The notes below the pieces were generated by a model. The model made no database searches and was not told where the DNA came from. It worked only from the letters and a program-made list of their open reading frames with translations. Of a stretch of 64,000 nt of DNA, positions 60,773 through 64,000 are shown one piece after another. Numbering within the stretch: position 1 is the stretch's first letter; every line of letters starts with the position of its first letter. The stretch is from Gemmatimonadales bacterium (GTDB lineage: Bacteria > Gemmatimonadota > Gemmatimonadetes > Gemmatimonadales > GWC2-71-9). The position numbers were made by a program, and so were the translations under genes. The stretch is from the NCBI GenBank assembly GCA_965249575.1, contig OZ252244.1, forward strand, positions 2,432,001 through 2,496,000. The letters run 5' to 3'.

Positions 60773-62005
60773 ATGACGACACGCGCGGCGCCCAGCGGGT
60801 TCCAGCGCTCGGAGAATCTCCAATATCTGCGAGCATCCGAGACTGTCTCGATCAGCCAAGAGGCGCAACGGAGGAAAACGGCCGGTGAGGACGTAATCGA
60901 CCTGTCCGCCGGCGAGCCAGACTTCAACACACCGCGGCTAATTGGCGACGCGGGGATCGAAGCAATCAAGCAGGGAAAGACGGGGTACCCGGCGAACGTC
61001 GGTATCCTTGAGCTGCGTGCCGCGGTGGCTCGGCACCTGTCCCTCCTTTCCGGCGGTCGGCCGGTCAATGCAGACCATATCATCGTTTCGACCGGAGCGA
61101 AGCAGTCCATGTTTAACACGTGTTTCTCGCTATTTGGCCCGGGCGATCGCGTCCTCATTCCCACGCCGGCGTGGGTCTCGTACCCGCAGATCGTGCGGCT
61201 CGCCCGCGCGGAGCCAGTGCCGGTGCGAGGAGCGCTCGAGTGGAGTCTCAAGGTGGATGTCGACACCCTGCAGGCCGCCGCGGATGGCCGGACGTGCGGT
61301 TTGCTGTTGTGCTCCCCCATGAACCCGACGGGTGCGGTCTATTCACATGCCGAGCTCAAGAGCATCCTCGAATGGGCAGCCGAGCGGGAGATCTGGGTGC
61401 TTGCCGACGAGATCTACCGCCGCATTCATTATGGATCGGGACCGGCTCCCTCGGTTTTGGATCTCCCGGACGAGCTGCTGAGCCGTGTAGTGGTGATCTA
61501 TGGCGCGAGCAAGGCATACGCGATGACGGGGTGGCGCATCGGCGTGGCGCTAGCCCCGCAGGCAGTCGCCAAGGCGATAGGGGCGCTTCAAAGCCACGTG
61601 ACCAGCGGCGCGTCCCATCCAGCACAGTGGGCCGCGGCGACCGCGTTCGCCGACGAGCGTGTGGAGGCCGATGTCGCGCGGATGGTCGGCGAGTTCAGGC
61701 AGCGGCGGGATTTGATTGTGTCGTTCTTCAGACGCGTGCTCCCGGGGGTCGAATTCGTCGAGCCCCTCGGCGCGTTTTACTTCTTCTTCCGCGTCGACAG
61801 CTTCTTCGGGGGAGAAATCGGGGGCGCGGTGCGGTTTTGTGAGAGCCTCATGGCTGAAGAGGGCGTCGCCATCGTCCCGGGCGAAGCGTTTGGCGACAAG
61901 CGTTGGGTACGGCTGTCGTTCGCAGCATCCGAAAAGAACATTTCACAGGCGCTGGAGCGAATCGCTCGGTTCGCGGGCCGGCTGGAAGCCGCCGCCTCGA
62001 CGTAG
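60773..62005 (+). CDS. aspC: Class I/II PLP-dependent (aspartate) aminotransferase
   Basis: LSAGEPDF, TGAKQS, SPMNPTG, ADEIY, SKAYAMTGWRIG, VPGEAFG, VRLSFA. Confidence 0.9.
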   Translation: MTTRAAPSGFQRSENLQYLRASETVSISQEAQRRKTAGEDVIDLSAGEPDFNTPRLIGDAGIEAIKQGKTGYPANVGILELRAAVARHLSLLSGGRPVNADHIIVSTGAKQSMFNTCFSLFGPGDRVLIPTPAWVSYPQIVRLARAEPVPVRGALEWSLKVDVDTLQAAADGRTCGLLLCSPMNPTGAVYSHAELKSILEWAAEREIWVLADEIYRRIHYGSGPAPSVLDLPDELLSRVVVIYGASKAYAMTGWRIGVALAPQAVAKAIGALQSHVTSGASHPAQWAAATAFADERVEADVARMVGEFRQRRDLIVSFFRRVLPGVEFVEPLGAFYFFFRVDSFFGGEIGGAVRFCESLMAEEGVAIVPGEAFGDKRWVRLSFAASEKNISQALERIARFAGRLEAAAST

Positions 62006-62029
62006 ATCGAGAGCGAATCGAGCCGAACG

Positions 62030-62536
62030 ATGGGTCTTGCTGCCCATATCGAGCCCCTGAAAGGCGAGCTTCCGCGAATTCCCTTCAGGTGGGACCCGGA
62101 AACCGAGATCCTTTCGGGCGAGTTCAAGCTCTCCGGTTCGGCGAAGGGACTAACGGGTTCGATCGAGCTCGCGGGCTCGGACGGATCCTTCGTCCTCCTC
62201 GACGTGGAGTCCGGCGCGTTACGCGGCGTGGAAGTCGTGGTCTGGCCGGAATCGGACATCGTGGACGGCCTGACGCCGCCAGCGGTCGACGAACGAGGCC
62301 GCCTCATCATCCCGAGCCGGGCGTCGCAACCGGGGATCGCCGCGGTTGAAGTCGATGCGGTTCTGTCTGCCCGGAGAAGTGCGGATGAATCCGTGATTCA
62401 TCTCCGATCCGGACCGTACCGCAGCGTCAAGCCCGTCCATCTCGCCGATAACCTGATCGCGGAGATCGACGGGGCGGGTGAGATCGCGGGGTTCTGGTTA
62501 CTGAACGTCCCTCCGTTTCCGAAGCCGGAGATCTAG
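62030..62536 (+). CDS. Hypothetical protein, possibly two tandem DUF2283-like units
   Basis: FRWDPETEILS...LLDVESGALRGVEV and SADESVIHLR...IAEIDGAGEIAGFWLLN. Confidence 0.6.
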   Translation: MGLAAHIEPLKGELPRIPFRWDPETEILSGEFKLSGSAKGLTGSIELAGSDGSFVLLDVESGALRGVEVVVWPESDIVDGLTPPAVDERGRLIIPSRASQPGIAAVEVDAVLSARRSADESVIHLRSGPYRSVKPVHLADNLIAEIDGAGEIAGFWLLNVPPFPKPEI

Positions 62537-62548
62537 GGAGAGATACTC

Positions 62549-62757
62549 GTGAGATTGGGCCGCGCGACACGCGTGGCCGCCTCGGTCGGTGTGGCGGCCA
62601 TCTCTGCGGTTAGCTCTTGTCGGGACACCTTGCCGACCTGGTCATCCTCTCGGGAGATCTCCTGACGATGTCGCCACCATCGGTCGAACCCATCGAAGTG
62701 ATCTGCACAACGATAGATGGACGCCGGATCTATGCTTATGGCACCAGGCCCGCCTGA
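62549..62757 (+). pseudogene. Amidohydrolase-3 family remnant (signal peptide plus C-terminal tail)
   Basis: GTG start after GGGAGAG gives MRLGRATRVAASVGVAAISAVSSC; a shifted frame from 62632 gives ADLVILSGDLLTMSPPSVEPIEVICTTIDGRRIY. Confidence 0.65.
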
Positions 62758-63430
62758 GCAGGGTGGCGGGCGCGATCCGCACACGCTACCCGACGAGCTC
62801 AACGAGCCGTTGCGGCAGTATGTCGAACGGCTCTTCGCCGCCGAGGACGGGGTGCTAGCGGACATCCGCTCCGGTCACGAGCGAGAAGGGCTGCCGAGTA
62901 TTCACATCTCCCCGGACGAGGGGAAACTGCTCGCCGTTCTGCTACTTGCGGTCGGCGCACGCAGAGTGTTGGAGATCGGCGCGCTGGGTGGGTATAGCGC
63001 CATATGGCTCGCGCGCGCGCTTCCCCGCGGCGGCTCGGTCACCACGATCGAAAGAGACCCCGTTCATGCACAGCACTCGCGACGCTCGTACGAGCGTGCC
63101 GGTGTGGCGGATCGGGTGAAGCTTGTGGAGGGAGACGCGGGTGAAATCCTTCCGGGCCTGGAGCCGGGGTTCGACGCCGTGTTCGTGGACGCAGACAAGG
63201 AATCTCAGGTCAGCTACTTTCACCACGCCATGAGGCTCCTGCGCAAGGGCGGCCTTTTGCTGGGCGACAACGCGTTCTTCCACGGGCGCGTTCTCGATTT
63301 GGCCGACGATCAACCGGACGTACGGGCGATTCGCGAGTTCAATCGTCTGGCGGCGGTCGATAGCCGCTTGGCTGCCACGATCATCCCAGTCCGGGACGGA
63401 CTGGTGTTGGGTGTGAAGACCGGGGACTGA
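62738..63430 (+). CDS. SAM-dependent O-methyltransferase (caffeoyl-CoA OMT-like)
   Basis: ISPDEGKLL, VLEIGALGGYSAIW, FDAVFVDADKE, GGLLLGDN, IPVRDGL. Confidence 0.92.
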   Translation: MAPGPPEQGGGRDPHTLPDELNEPLRQYVERLFAAEDGVLADIRSGHEREGLPSIHISPDEGKLLAVLLLAVGARRVLEIGALGGYSAIWLARALPRGGSVTTIERDPVHAQHSRRSYERAGVADRVKLVEGDAGEILPGLEPGFDAVFVDADKESQVSYFHHAMRLLRKGGLLLGDNAFFHGRVLDLADDQPDVRAIREFNRLAAVDSRLAATIIPVRDGLVLGVKTGD

Positions 63431-63529
63431 GTCGACAGTGACCGAGCGAGAATCCGGCATAGAGGAATCCCTTTTGGCGCACTCGGATCGTGTACCGGGT
63501 GGCGACGGTCGGCCCCCCCGGAGCGAGCG

Positions 63530-64000
63530 ATGAGCGGCGCGCGAGCGGGACGGCCGATTGGGCGAGTCGTGGCGACAGAGCTGATGCCGGCCAGTCCACA
63601 TCAGTTCCATTTCTGGACCGCCACGGACGCGCCGATCGGCATCGGAGCCATCGTCCGAGTGGACGAGCAGGGCGGGCGCACCGTCTATGCGTTGGTGGTG
63701 GATGCGCGTGCCTACACCGACCTCGAGACCCCGTTGGAAGATGTCTCGGCAGCGGCGGGGGACCCCGCGCGGGGTTCCTCCGCGGCACGAACGGAGATCC
63801 GGTTGTGGACGGCGGCGGTCTTGCGGCAGGTCCCCGAGGAGCCGCTACAGCCAGTTCCGCTCACCGACGTCCGCATGGCGGAAAGGTGTGACGTCGAGAC
63901 GGCGCTCCGGATGGACTCGTACGTGGGCGAAGGAGCGGTGGGCGGTATTCCTGTCGGGCTCTATACCTCCGGAGGATCCAGCGCCCCGATCTACGTCGAC
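63530..64000 (+). CDS. HerA/DUF87-like ATPase, N-terminal barrel (runs off window end)
   Basis: Manual translation: PIGRVVATELMPASPHQFHFWT...IGIGAIVRV...TEIRLWTAAVLRQVPEEPLQP...ALRMD...IPVGLY; Walker motifs lie outside the window. Confidence 0.65.
   Translation, partial: MSGARAGRPIGRVVATELMPASPHQFHFWTATDAPIGIGAIVRVDEQGGRTVYALVVDARAYTDLETPLEDVSAAAGDPARGSSAARTEIRLWTAAVLRQVPEEPLQPVPLTDVRMAERCDVETALRMDSYVGEGAVGGIPVGLYTSGGSSAPIYVD

Noticed and set aside
1..64000. CRISPR arrays, tRNA/rRNA, IS elements, prophage
   Set aside because: No regularly spaced repeats, cloverleaf/T-loop signatures, transposase, integrase or phage structural motifs were seen by eye

Overview
GC-rich bacterial chromosomal segment. 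Gene style and synteny suggest Gemmatimonadota (inference, not verified). It is mostly housekeeping: dnaE-accA-ricT-metG; gdh; a thiol-stress block (YyaL, YtxJ, zinc anti-sigma, ECF sigma) behind an oxidative pentose-phosphate operon (rpiB-pgi-HAD-gnd-zwf-pgl); cysS; lipA-pdhABC-lpdA-lipB; a glycosyltransferase/DUF3108 block; a Dpp/Opp ABC operon; coaE-gcvH-gcvP-lipoate ligase; HU; an aminotransferase operon; and the start of a HerA-like ATPase. I found no rRNA, tRNA, CRISPR array, transposase or prophage, and no clear-cut new multi-gene system. The most notable sequence-level observations are: (1) lesions, namely two apparent internal deletions (dppB fused to the dppC tail; an amidohydrolase reduced to signal peptide plus C-terminus), two in-frame TAG codons with conserved sequence continuing beyond them, two frameshifts and three short in-frame duplications; (2) a canonical sigma70 promoter for gcvH-gcvP whose spacer is TGTACA-N4-TGTACA; (3) several probable leaderless genes; (4) uncharacterised modules: lipoprotein zinc peptidase + PorV-like barrel + aminopeptidase, FmdB + PspA-like + RemA-like, a motif-less DEAD-box-like protein with a DbpA RNA-binding domain, a RicT with an extra CxxxCxxC, and a tandem DUF2283-like protein. 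All family assignments come from motif recognition by eye, without database searches.
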